Part shown: positions 13,451 to 25,410 of the stretch, in pieces | Layout: every line of letters starts with the position of its first letter | How positions within the stretch are numbered: the stretch's first letter is position 1 | Assembly (NCBI RefSeq): GCF_964355755.1 | Contig: NC_092673.1 | Span: 13,922,948 to 13,986,947, forward strand | Length of the DNA stretch: 64,000 nucleotides | From: Antedon mediterranea | Taxonomy: Eukaryota > Animalia > Echinodermata | Direction: 5' to 3' | Program-made: the position numbers and the translations under genes | Notes under the pieces: generated by a model | What the model saw: only the letters and a program-made list of their open reading frames with translations | Database searches by the model: none | What the model was told of the DNA's origin: nothing

Positions 13451-16400
13451 AGCATGGCAGTTATAATAGGAAAGGTGGAAGAATTTGATTCATCTTTAGA
13501 AGCTTGGGATTCGTATACCGAACGGTTAGATCAATATTTTGTAGCCAACAAGGTCGATGATGATCGGAAGGTACCGGCATTGCTTGCACTCATCGGACCG
13601 AAAACGTACACGCTACTAAAGAATTTGTGTTCACCGGAGAAACCAGCGACACTGTCTTACGCAGATTTAATTACAAAGCTCACGACACATCTTTGCCCAA
13701 AGCCATCGGAAATCGCGGAACGATTTCGGTTCTACAAAAGAGAACAGCATAGCGGGGAAAGCATTGCTTCATACATTGCTGAACTACGAAGGTTAGCCAT
13801 TCATTGCAATTTCGAAAACACTTTGACCTCGACACTGCGAGACATTTTCGTCTGCGGGTTGCGTCAAGAAAACATTCAGAAACGTTTACTGGCGGTTCAT
13901 GACCTTAAATTAGATGATGCAATTAAAACCGCTGTAGCTATGGAAACAGCAAGTCGTGATGCTACAGAATTTCAGAAAACAAGGACACCAAATACTACAG
14001 GTGAGAGCAATGTAAATAAGTTTACTACAAAAAATTACCAATCTAAAAGACACCAAGGTCATAAACAAAGTAAAGCATCTACACACTGTTACAGATGTGG
14101 TAATACAGGCCATAAAGCTGATCGCTGCAGGCACATACATACTGTTTGCAATTACTGTTCCAAGGAAGGACATCTAGAAAAAGTATGCATGAAGAAAAAG
14201 AAAGACAATAATGTGTCAAAGCCTAACACTGGTAACCTTAAAAAGAATGTACAGTATGTACAGGGAGAGGAAGTCAACTATGAACCTATGCTATATGCAA
14301 ATCATAAGTCAAAAGTGGAGCCAATTATAGTGGTTGCATCTATAAATGGAAAGAAAATCCCTATGGAATTGGACACTGGATCATCAGTATCACTGATTCC
14401 AGAGTTGACCTACAAGAAAGCATTCCAGTCGTTACCATTACAGAAAACTACAATTAGGTTGAAAACATATTCTGGTGAGACTATTGTACCAATAGGCATG
14501 CTAAATGCTAAAGTGTGTCTTAACAATCATGAAGAAATTGCAGAGTTATTGGTCGTTCCATTGAACGGACCAGCCTTATTCGGACGTGATTGGCTAAAGA
14601 AGTTTAAATTAGATTGGCATGAAATAAAAGCCATTGATGAGGCAAAAGCAACAACTAAAGGTCTGGATGAAATTTTAGAAAAACATAAAGCTGTTTTTAA
14701 AGATGAATTGGGGAAACTGGAGAATATTAAAGCTAGTATCTACATCACTGAAAACAGCAAACCACAGTTCCACAAGCCAAGAAATGTCCCATATTCAATG
14801 AGGGACAAGGTCGAAAAAGAGCTTGGACGACTACAAAATCAAGAGATTATTAGCCCTGTGAAATACAGCGAATGGGCAGCTCCCATTGTACCTGTACAGA
14901 AGAAGTCAGGGCAAGTTAGAATCTGTGGTGACTTTAAAGTTACAATTAATCCTGTGATGAAAGTAGAACAGTACCCATTACCTAAAATAGAAGATATCTT
15001 TGCATCTCTAGCAGGAGGTCAGAAATTTACAAAAATTGACCTTAAACAAGCATATTTACAGATGGAAGTGGAAGACACTTCAAAGGAACTGTTAACTATT
15101 AATACGCATAAAGGGTTATTTAGATATAACCGACTTCCATTTGGTGTAGCCTCAGCTCCTGCAATCTGGCAAAGAGCGATGGACCAGGTACTGCAAAATG
15201 TACCCTTTACATCTTGCATATTGGATGATATGATCATCAGCGGAAAAACAACTGAGGAACACTTAAAAAACTTGGACACAGTTTTAGAGAGATTAGAGAA
15301 ATACAACTTAAGAGTAAATCGTGAGAAATGTGAGTTTTTCAAAGAAGACATCACATACTGTGGTCATGTGATAACTGAAAAAGGGTTACAGAAATCCCCT
15401 GACAAGATACATGCAGTTATCAATGCGCCAAAACCTGACAACAAACAGCAAATGCGATCATTCTTGGGTTTAATAAATTACTATCGTAGGTTTTTGCCAA
15501 ACTTATCGTCCATAGTCGCACCCCTGAATGAACTCTTACAAAATGAAAAAAACTTGGAAATGGACAAATTCATGTGATGAAGCTTTTAAAGCGGTCAAAG
15601 AACTTATAACTTCAGACCAAGTTCTATGCCACTATAATCCTGAACTAACAGTTAAACTAGCCTGTGATGCATCGCCATACGGCCTTGGTAGCGTTCTTTC
15701 ACATATTATGCCAGACGGAAAGGAAAGACCAATTGCATTTGCTTCTCGCTCCTTAACAAAAGCTGAAAAGGGCTATGCACAAATAGATAAGGAAGCATTA
15801 GGACTTTATTGGGGAATACAAAAGTTTCATACTTACCTGCATGGCCGACATTTTACTTTGGTTACAGATCATAAGCCGCTAGTAAGCATCTTGCATCCAC
15901 AAAAGTCAATTCCAGCAATGACTGCTGCAAGACTACAAAGATATGCCCTTTACCTATCTGGACATACATATGATATCGAATATCGCAACACGCACGCTCA
16001 TGGGAATGCTGATGGATTGAGTAGATTGCCTATACCTACAGATGTGATTGATTACGTCGATGAGGCATCTACATTCTACACCTCCCAGATTGAAAGGTTG
16101 CCGATATCAAGTACAGAAATACGGAAAGAAACACAGAAAGATCAGATTCTGTCACACGTATTAGATACTGTTTTAAAAGGGACTAACAAACTTCCTGACA
16201 AAGAAGCGTACACACCCTACAAGCGCCGTCTTACAGAACTTACTTGCCATCAAGGGTGTTTAATGTGGGGAAATCGAGTACTAATTCCAGATAGACTTCG
16301 TGCTGCTATTCTTAATGAAATACATGATGGACACATTGGGATTGTTAAGATGAAAAACTTAGCTCGCTCTTACATCTGGTGGCCTAACATTAATTGCGAA

Positions 16401-17426
16401 ATTGAACAAGTTTGTAAATCTTGTATCGGTTGCCAGCAAACAAGCAAAATGCCAAAATCCGCACCAGTACACCCTTGGGAGTGGCCATCTGCCCCATGGG
16501 ATCGCTTACATATAGATTTTGCAGGGCCATTCATGAACTCTATGTTTTTAATTGTTGTTGACGCCCATAGCAAATGGCCAGAAGTTTATCCAATGAGATC
16601 TACTACAGCACAACTGACTATTGAGAAATTGCGAATTATGTTTAGCCAATATGGTATTCCCAGACAAATTGTATTGGACAACGGTCCTCAATTTAAGTCG
16701 GAGGAATTTACAGATTTCATGAAAGCAAATGGTATTCGACATACCACATCATCCCCATATCACCCCAGAACAAATGGCCTAGCAGAGAGATTTGTGCAAA
16801 CGTTTAAATTGGCCATTAAGCAAGCAAGAGGAAACAGTTGTCGTTCATTACAGCAACATCTGAGTACATTTCTGTTTAAGTTCAGAACAACTCCTCATAC
16901 ACTTACCAAGGAAACACCTGCAAAATTACTCTACGGACGCAATCTACGAACGCGTTTGGATCTTTTGAAACCGGATCTAACAGCTACTGTCTTGAAAGGT
17001 CAAGATCGTATGAAGTTTGCAAAACATTGTGGAACCAGTATCCGAGAGTTTCAACCCGGACAATCAGTAATGGTCCGTGATTATCGTAACACAAACCAGA
17101 AATGGATACCAGCTCAAATACAAGGAAAAACTGGTCCACTATCTTACACAGTTGACACAGAACTTGGAACAGTATGGAGGCGTCATGCTGATCAACTACA
17201 CCCAACTATGGTGAATGTCACTCCTACAGAAATATTCACCCAGGATGACCATGTTCCAGAAATACTAAATCCAACAGACGCTCCACAATCAGATAACCTT
17301 ACTCGAAATGTTAACGCCGACACACCTGTTACAACTGGCAGCGCATCTCTTACACAAGAAACTGCACCCATACGTCGATATCCAAAAAGAAATAATATTC
17401 GCCCACCAAAGAGACTAGACTTGTAA
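13448..17426 (+). CDS. gag-pol polyprotein (zinc knuckles, protease, RT, RNase H, integrase) with one frameshift at the A7 run 15546-15552
   Basis: ORFs 13436-15577 and 15528-17426 contain CYRC..H..C and CNYC..H..C, LDTGS, ICGDFK, ILDD, CDAS, HDGHIG..CxxC, DNGPQF and AERF. Confidence 0.93.
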
Positions 17427-17595
17427 ATAGACATGAAACAAGAAGTTGATTTTAGTTGAACTTTATTATTCATTATTGCATTGAAAGATATTATACAGAA
17501 AACTTTGATTGAAACATTATAATTACGAATGATTACAGAACAGTACAGAACTCTAGAATCTAGTCTTTACTATTCTTAAAATGGTAGGGAGGATG

Positions 17596-17715
17596 TGTTA
17601 TATATGCATGTTGTAACGACGCCTTTGGCGTGCCATAATTGTTCTCTCTCTCTTCTGAATAAATGTTTAGTTGTTTAGAGCCCTTACTTTGCATTATAAT
17701 TTACTATATACAACA
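17596..17715 (+). repeat. 3' LTR (120 bp)
   Basis: Direct copy of 13299-13429 lacking 11 bp at a TGT microhomology. Confidence 0.95.
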
Positions 17716-17751
17716 CATCTAACACCTTGGCAGCAACTAATGGTGCTTCAT

Positions 17752-18730
17752 TTTGTCGTACAACCATAATATAGACCATCAACTTCGATCAGTGACGTGA
17801 CCAGATTTGGTTTTCGATAGATACTTTAACGACGGTTTAAAGTCTAGTACGCGTTCAAACCGCGGGCTCTAGTGTAAGGAGGGGCGTCAAAGCCAGTGGC
17901 CTGGGAGCATGCCCAAGAATTGGACCACATATTCGAGATATGTTGACAACAAATCACAGTTGTTTCATTAATTGTAACTGAAGTAGACAGAGCTGTAACA
18001 AACCAAACCAGTCTGTAAATATAAAACCGCTGATGCCATGTAACATAGAAGAGGCAGATGAACGTATGTTTGTTCATGTTAAACATGCCGCTAAAATTTG
18101 TCCGCGCATTCTTGTCAAGACTGTAGACAGTGATGTTGTTGTTATTTCATTGTCAACTTTCTACAGAATACCTGGCATCCACGAGCTTTGGATCGAGTTT
18201 GGAGTGGGGAAGCACTTGAAGTATATCTCAATACACAAGATTACTTCTCTTGGATCACAAGCATCAGCCGCTTACTTGTTCTTTCATTCCTTTAGCAGTT
18301 GTGATACAACTTCATCTGTTCAAGGAAAGGAATTTGAGACGATGTCATTGTCTGTAGGGGATGTTAGTGACACAGATTATCTAGAACAGTTTGTTGTAAC
18401 TATGTAGAAAGAAGGTAAATGATGCAAGACGATATCTTTTTACTACAGACTATTGAAAATATCCCCCCAACATCTGCGGCATTAAGAGAACATGTGAAAC
18501 GGTCTTTTCTACAAGCCAGAAAGTGGTACAACTGTCTAGATGCATTCAGGGTTGAACAGGACCCAGCAAACTGGGGATGGAGGAAAGACGGCAACAAATT
18601 TAGTCCAGTTTGGAGTTCATTGCCGGAACTTTCAGATGTCACAAATCGCTGTGACACACCGACTGTGATCTTGGACGCTGTAAATGCAGAAAGAGTGATT
18701 TATGATGTACAGAGCTGTGTGGTTACCAGG
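17752..18730 (+). pseudogene. Academ XPG-like nuclease and Cys-rich C-terminus, right copy
   Basis: PCNIEEADERMFVH, VKTVDSDVVV, LWIEFGVGK, FFHSFSSCDTTS, IPPTSAALREHVKR, DPANWGW. Confidence 0.85.
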
Positions 18731-19713
18731 TTTGAGCTACATTCAAAATGGCCGCCATGCAATCAAAGACGTTATACCAATATGTTTGTTGACCTCAATA
18801 CCATATTATACTTTGTACCTAAAATTATAACTGTAGGTACCGTACTGAAACATTTTGAGCTTGCCATTTTGAAATTCAAAATGGCCGCCATGCAATCAAA
18901 ATGTTAGTTAAATAGCAATATATTTGGTGACCCATTACCATATAATTTGCACCTAAAATCAGAGCACTGTGTACCTTTTTAGCAGAGATATACCTGAAAA
19001 GTGATTGGGGTCCGCCATTTTGAAATCCAACATGGCCGCCATGCAATCAAAATGTTAGTTATACCAATATGTTTGGTGACCCCATTACCATAATTATAAT
19101 TTGCACCTAAAATCAGAATTCTAGGTGCCTTTTTAGCAGAGATATACCTGAAAAGTGAAAATTTGAAGTCCGCCATTTTGAAATCCAACATGGCCGCCAT
19201 GCAATCAAATGTTAATTATACCAATATGTTTGGTGACCCCACTACCATATATTTTGCATGTAAAATCTTCTGATTTTGAAATCCAAAATGGCGGCTTTCC
19301 CCTGACCAAATTTTGTGCAACCCTTCCATTTCATATTTTTGACACCCTAATGAATAACTGTGCAAAGTTTCAAAATGTTATCACAATTTGAAGGATTTGC
19401 CTAAAATATGCTCCTTAACATGCCTACTATTGAGTATATCCACACTTGAGTATATCCATGTTTTAAAAAAATAAAATTTCTACTGTTAACTACTTATTTT
19501 TGGGGTAAAACATCATTTTTTTGATTCAATCACTTTTATGTTGGTTCGGTGGGGTTTTCTATGAGAAGTAGTAAAAAAAATTCCCCAAGACCCTGGGATG
19601 GGGTTTTTTTTTCTGACATTCCATATGGTATACTCTATTAGAAAAACCAAAACAAAATTTTCCTACACTTTTTTCCCGCAAATGTGTATAATAATTGTTC
19701 TGCACCCAGGCTA

Positions 19714-20070
19714 TGGTGGCTTTTCCAGCTGATAAAGTATTGCCAAATGCACCATAGCCTGGGTGCCAAATGCAATTGATTGGCTTGTATCGCTTTGCCC
19801 ATTGCACTTTTTGCAAATATGCCAGCGTCACTTTGGGAACCATATGCTCCAACATCAATCGGTATGAAACGGTACATGGCATCCACCAGAGCCACCAGTA
19901 CTACAGAAAAAGTACCTTTGTAATTGAAGAAGGTTGATCCTGTATTTAACAACATGTTTCCCATCTATTGCCCCAACACAGTTTGGGAACTGCCACCTTG
20001 TTTCGAATGCAGCTGTTACTTCTTTCCATTCATTTTCTGTTGGAACAGGCATATATTGAGGGTGCAATTC
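19714..20070 (-). pseudogene. PIF/Harbinger transposase middle part
   Basis: FETRWQFPNCVGAIDGKHV, GSTFFNYKGTFSVVLVALVDA and DVGAYGSQSDAGIF; colinear with the 10849-11217 part. Confidence 0.9.
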
Positions 20071-20371
20071 TATATTAATAGTAAACAACATAATATATTT
20101 ACTAAACAAATGAACATTTTGCCTGTGGTTCAAATGTAGTCCGAGTGAACTATTGAGTAAAAGCAATATTAGTGATGAGGACATTCCAGACTTGCCACAC
20201 ACATCTAAACAAAAACCCGCACCAAAAAAAAAGAAAGTTACCAGATGACAGTGACAGTGTTGACATTGACAAATCAATTTTGAAGTATCTCAAAGAGTTC
20301 AGAAAGAAAACAAGAAAGACGACATTCATTTTTTTTTTTTGTCAATGGCCAAAATTTTATAAAGGGGTCGT

Positions 20372-20463
20372 GAAACACACGGCCAGTCTGTGGTTCTTTT
20401 TTGGCCAGCCTGTGGTCCGAGGGCGCTAGACATTTGGCCAGCCTGTGGTCCCGAGGGCGCTAG
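20372..20463 (+). repeat. ~90-bp block of subterminal-type repeats (CAGCCTGTGGTCCGAGGGCGCTAG), copy 1
   Basis: There is a near-identical direct copy at 23289-23385 and an inverted copy at 25857-25900. Confidence 0.85.
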
Positions 20464-20797
20464 CATGAAACGAAGAATTATTAAAGTGATAATAATGTGT
20501 TTCGAAAATGTTTAATAAAACAAATTAAATTAATTGTTTGTTTTTCGTCTTTGTTTAAGAGGGCATTGTGCAAAGCAAATCAAGGCGCTAAAAAAAAAAC
20601 AATACACAGATTCCTCAAAGACGATGCGTTCCGGTGTCGGTAAGCCTTTTCGGAGATAAAACAATGCAGCTCTTGTTTAAAATAGAAAGTAGCGTACGTG
20701 TGCCTTTGCGTGTACATTTTAACCGCGATGACAACTATAAAATGAACCAAAAATATTAGTAAAATACCAGTTTTAATTTTTTGATCTATCGAACAAC

Positions 20798-23215
20798 ATG
20801 AACGAATGCTTAGAATGTCATCAACTTGTAACTCAATGCCAAGAGGCAATATTTTGCGAAGAATGCGAACGCTGGCAGCACAGGACGTGTGGTACGGGAA
20901 TATCCCAGGAGGAATACCGGCGAGGTATTGAGAATGGATACATGGATTGGTCCTGTGGTGATTGTATGTTGCCCGGCAATAACGAACATGCTCACAATGT
21001 TTTTGCGGAGAATTTGGGAAATTTTGCCGAACCCGACGAATTTGTCGAAGACGATCATATCCGGTTGCTAATCCTGTGGTAGCTCCAGAGGATGAAGTGA
21101 CCTACAGAGTTCTTCCAGGAACCTCTAACCGGGGCAAGGTATTATTTGAATTAAGTAATTTTTTGCCTTTCGTGTTTTATTTAACAATTAATAATTATAC
21201 TCAATTACTGTTTTTATATTTTGGATCTGTTAAATTTGTACAGAGATGACCTAATTCAATTACATTATCACCACAAATTACGTAATTAATATATATTTAC
21301 AGATTCGGTTAAGTGCATTTATTTATCGTGTTTTATTTAACAACAAATTATACTCAATTACTGTTTTTATATTTTGGATCTGTTAAATTTGTACAGAGAC
21401 GACCTAATTCAATTACATTATCGCCACAAATTCCTTAATTTATGTATATTTACAGATTCGGTTAAGTGCATTTATTCATCGTGTTTTATTTAACAATTCA
21501 TTTTCTCAATTACTGCAATAAAAACGTGACATGCAAAGCGACAGTAACGGAACGTAATGGGGGATATGTTCGTGGGTCACAGGACCATGTCTGCGACACG
21601 ATTCCAGGTAACGATTAATAGATAGATGTTCAATTTCAAAGACTCATTTCAATCAATTATCGCAAATTGTAACTAATAATTAACTATACCACACAAAGAG
21701 TGCTCAAGGGCGAGAAAAGGTAGCGCTGATAAGACGGGACCTGAAGGCTCAGGCAGTTGATAAACCGTTTGATGCAGCAGCTGAAATGGTAGAGAAGGTA
21801 ATTAACTAAATTGCCTATAATAATTTCTTAACTTTAAACTGCAGATACAAGTCCTAAACAAATACACACACATCCTCATTCTACCTCCCTTTTTTACGTT
21901 GCTTCACCAAATATCACATACCTTCTTATGCGCTCCTTGCTGAAATCGTTGAATTAAACTCCTGTGTTGTATTACAAATATTGTATTTTATTTTTAAATA
22001 CGTAAATTTCGTTACAGATATTGCGTGAGGATATAGGAGTGGGAAATGTCGCTCTACATCCGTCGCTACCAAAACCCCGTAACCTTGCTCGGCAGGCGAA
22101 CTTAAAGAGGAAACATACTCGACCAAACCACCCAACAGGTCTTGCATTTGAATTCGAAAGTTTGGTAAGTAACGACAAATGAATCTTTTCATTAAGCTAA
22201 CATTTTTTTTTTCATTACAGGTGTTCTTGTCTCTGAAGATCTCGTAAGGGAAACTGTTGTTTTTTAAATGTATGTTCTTTACAAATTGTTGTTTTTTGTG
22301 TCATTACAGGTACATCGATGGCACTTTTAAGGTGGTGAAGGATCCGTTCTACCAACTCTTTTCGGTAAACGCGTTTGTAAAGTCTGGGGCAGCGCAGAAA
22401 CAGGTCCCCCTGCTATTCGCCGTTATGTCTGGGAAGAGGGTAGTTGATTACAACGCAGTACTTAGATCTGTATTGGAACTGGTACCAATGGTGAACTATA
22501 AACCATAAACAATTAAAACAGGTTATGCAAGAAGTGAACACATAATCGTCCTCTTAAAATAACCAAGTCTATCATTAAAAATATCGACATGATTGCTATT
22601 TAGATTATTAAATGTATAAGGTAGTCTATGAAAAAGTCCCCTCTTATTATATTTTTTTTAACAGAAATCTAATTTTCCAGCTTTTTGTTTTTTTTATAAT
22701 TGCAGGCCGTTTTTCGAAAGGTCCAAGATTTGGGACTACAACGAACCACCTGGATCTACGGAACCATGTTTACTCCTCGTGACTGGGTCGTTTATCGACA
22801 AGTTGTCCGTACAAACAACGACATCGAAGGGTGGCATCGCCGAATTAATTACCGTGCGAAACGTGGTAGGTGTTACTTCAATATTGAATCTTAATTTAAC
22901 ATTTTTTTTTGGCTTCTTAGGTCACCTACACAGAAGAACAAAACGTTTTATTTAATTACATTTTTTATCATTAAGTTTTAGGTCACCTACAAAATGGAAG
23001 GAAAAACGTTTAATTAAATTTTAATTTAATTTTTTTATCACTGTGAATTTCTTCTTCTTTTACAGGCAAACTTCAGTTTTACTTGATGTGCGAGTTTTTG
23101 TATGAGGAGGGAGTGACAGTATCGCTGACAGCAGAATTCGTTTTTCGGCAGGATGTACAGCGTTTAACATCTCGACGAAGCATCGCCGCCAATGCTCGTT
23201 TAATTAATAATGTAT
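20798..23215 (+). pseudogene. Intron-containing Mutator-like (MULE) transposase with N-terminal PHD finger, decayed
   Basis: PHD finger C-x2-C..C-x2-C..H-x2-C..W-x-C-x2-C at 20798-20965. MULE motifs [31 protein letters not shown] and RTNNDIEGWH. GCCGAAAC-type end repeats at 23236-23290. Confidence 0.85.
21170..21515 (+). repeat. ~155-bp tandem duplication in the MULE intron
   Basis: The unit TCGTGTTTTATTTAACAA...CAGATTCGGTTAAGTGCATTTATT occurs twice, plus a partial third copy. Confidence 0.8.
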
Positions 23216-24438
23216 AAGTATAATTAATCAGTTGTGGCCGAAACTGTCTGTGGCCAAAACTGTCTGTGGCCGAAACGGTCATATGCCGAAACACACAGCC
23301 AGTCTGTGATTCTTTTTTTGGTCAGCCTGTGGTCCGAGGGCGCTAGACATATCGGCCAGCCTGTGGTCCCGAGGGCGCTAGACATAACTTTTCCATGCTT
23401 TTCTAAAGTGAGCCCTCTACAGCTGTTTTCACATAACTTTATTTAGCGGGAAAATTAAAGGCAATGAGTCAAGATAACAGGTAGGCCTCCTATAATATAT
23501 CCAAATAATTACAAATATAAAACGAATAACTTTACTATAGGCCTAGGTATTCATAATTATAATGCATACTTAATAAGAAGGCCTGCCCTTTAATAGGGCT
23601 AGCCTAGTTAAATATTAGTTTAATTTAGTTAGGCCAGCAAGAGTGAGAGGAGGACAGACTCCACCTCCTACAGGCCTAGCCTACGCTAGTAGTACTAGGC
23701 CTACTAGTAGGTAGGCTAGTAGTAGGCTACTGCATGCTCACAGTGACAGGGTGCCAACACTCTATCTAGTTTTACTGTTTAGGCCAAACCACCACCTCCC
23801 GTTCCAATTGTACTACCTACTAGAGCTGACTAGCCGTCCTAGGCCTAGTTCTACTATAGCCTGGGCCTAATAATGGGCCTAGGTCTAATTAATAATAGAC
23901 TTACTAGGCCTAGTTACTAGCCTACTACTACTAGGCCTACTACTTACGTACTACTATGTACAATATGGATTAGGCCTATATACCAAAACTACTATAAACT
24001 AGGCCTATAGTAGGCCTTGATTTTAGTCCCATCAGCAGTTTACATTGCTCAATAAGTCAAGTACGTATAGTCTAATCAACATATCCTTCATATTGTAAAA
24101 TATGTAGTAATGAAATATTTTAAATAAATTAAAAGAAAGCATAGATGTACATAACTCTCTAATTCATATTTGTAATGTTAATTTTCCATGTCGTGGACCC
24201 CTAAGGAAACAAGCTCTAGAGCTTATAGGGTTATCATCTTGCTCTCACCCTGTCATTTGTCTTTATGTATTTGTAATATTGTATTTCATGAATGATCAAC
24301 AAATAAAAAACAAGCAAAATCAAACTCCTCATATCCCATCTATCCCATCTATCATTTTAAATTCACTTCTGTAAGATAAAAGTGGTGGTCTGTATAACGT
24401 GTATGTAACATTTTAAAATCTTTATTCTATTTTTTAGA

Positions 24439-24720
24439 TTGTTATACGCACGCCGGAAACTAGTAGGCCTTGCTTTTAGTCCCATCAGCACACTTGGATT
24501 TACTCATACATTGTTTCCTAGGACCGATAAAAACGGTGTTGACTTTTTTATTCAAATTTGTCCTATCGTAAATGAAAACCACATGGGTTATTACAATACA
24601 CTTGTACATGAGATGATCCATGCGTATGTAAAGTACGAATCATTGACTGACACGTCAGATCATGGACCAGTTTTAAGAAAATTTGGTAGAAAAACGTTAC
24701 GCTGTTGAATAAAGTAGCAC
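24439..24720 (+). pseudogene. SprT-like zinc metalloprotease fragment
   Basis: NTLVHEMIHAY...DHGPV (HExxH at 24607-24621 plus a downstream HG), preceded by a pyrimidine tract and AG. Confidence 0.65.
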
Positions 24721-24860
24721 ATAAATTACCAGGTGTTTTCTGCAATATGACGCTTGACAAAATGTTAGCTATAACCACGTAGTCTCATGTAGGAAAAACA
24801 AATCAAGTTTCGTTTTTCATGTCAATTTAACGTTTTGTTCAATGTATAATTACAGTATAA

Positions 24861-25410
24861 TTTCAATAATAGTTTGATTGTTCATTCTTGAAGAGTGAAA
24901 GCTTACGTAGAGCATTGTATGTCATTTCGACGTTTATTACAATGGTGTGCATATATTCTCAATAATTGTTTTAACTTTGATTGTTCATTCTTCTAGAGTG
25001 AAAGCTGACGTAGAGCATTGTATGTCATTTCGACGTTTATTACAATGGTGTGCATATTTTCTCAATAATGGTTTGATTGTTCATTCTTCTAGAGTGAAAG
25101 CTTACGTAGAGCATTGTATGTCATTTCGACGTTTATTACAATGGTTTGCATATATTCTCAATAATAGTTTGTTCATTCTTCTAGAGTAAAAGCTTACGTA
25201 GAGCATTGTATGTCATTTCGACGTTTAATACAATGGTGTGCATATATTCTCAATAATGGTTTGATTGTTCATTCTTCTAGAGTGAAAGCTTACGTAGAGC
25301 ATTGTATGTCAATTCGACGTTTATTACAATGGTGTGCATATATGTATTGTTTGATTGTTCATTCTTCTAGAGTGAAAGCTTACGTAGAGCATTGTATGTC
25401 AATTCGACGT
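24861..25410 (+). repeat. Tandem repeat, ~96-bp unit x ~6
   Basis: GCTTACGTAGAGCATTGTATGTCA recurs at about 24901, 25003, 25100, 25192, 25288 and 25378. Confidence 0.92.

Larger units (their letters stand above)
13299..17715 (+). mobile_element. Complete Ty3/Gypsy LTR retrotransposon (short-LTR, Mag-like), 4417 bp
   Basis: Two TG..CA LTRs, PBS, PPT (AGGGAGGA, 17586-17593) and a 5-bp TSD CATCT (13294-13298; 17716-17720). Confidence 0.97.
11760..19429. mobile_element. Academ (XPG-nuclease type) fold-back derivative
   Basis: TAG..CTA termini, 3-bp TSD TTG (11757-11759; 19430-19432), and long TIRs with ~150-bp units carrying the palindrome GCCATTTTG-n-CAAAATGGC. XPG/FEN1-like motifs lie on both arms. 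Confidence 0.88.
11218..19713. mobile_element. Non-autonomous TIR element (MITE, ~0.8 kb own sequence) with TAG..CTA ends, Academ-type; carries nested inserts
   Basis: Termini TAGCCTGGGTGCAG / CTGCACCCAGGCTA with ~130-bp imperfect TIRs (11218-11350 vs 19570-19713) and a 3-bp TSD TGG (11215-11217; 19714-19716). Confidence 0.88.

Noticed and set aside
15540-15560. Programmed ribosomal frameshift
   Set aside because: It lies between RT and RNase H rather than at the gag/pol boundary; a homopolymer indel is the simpler explanation.
17400-17426. Shared RLDL* C-terminus with the element ending at 2543
   Set aside because: This is a common integrase tail in this Gypsy group and is not unusual.
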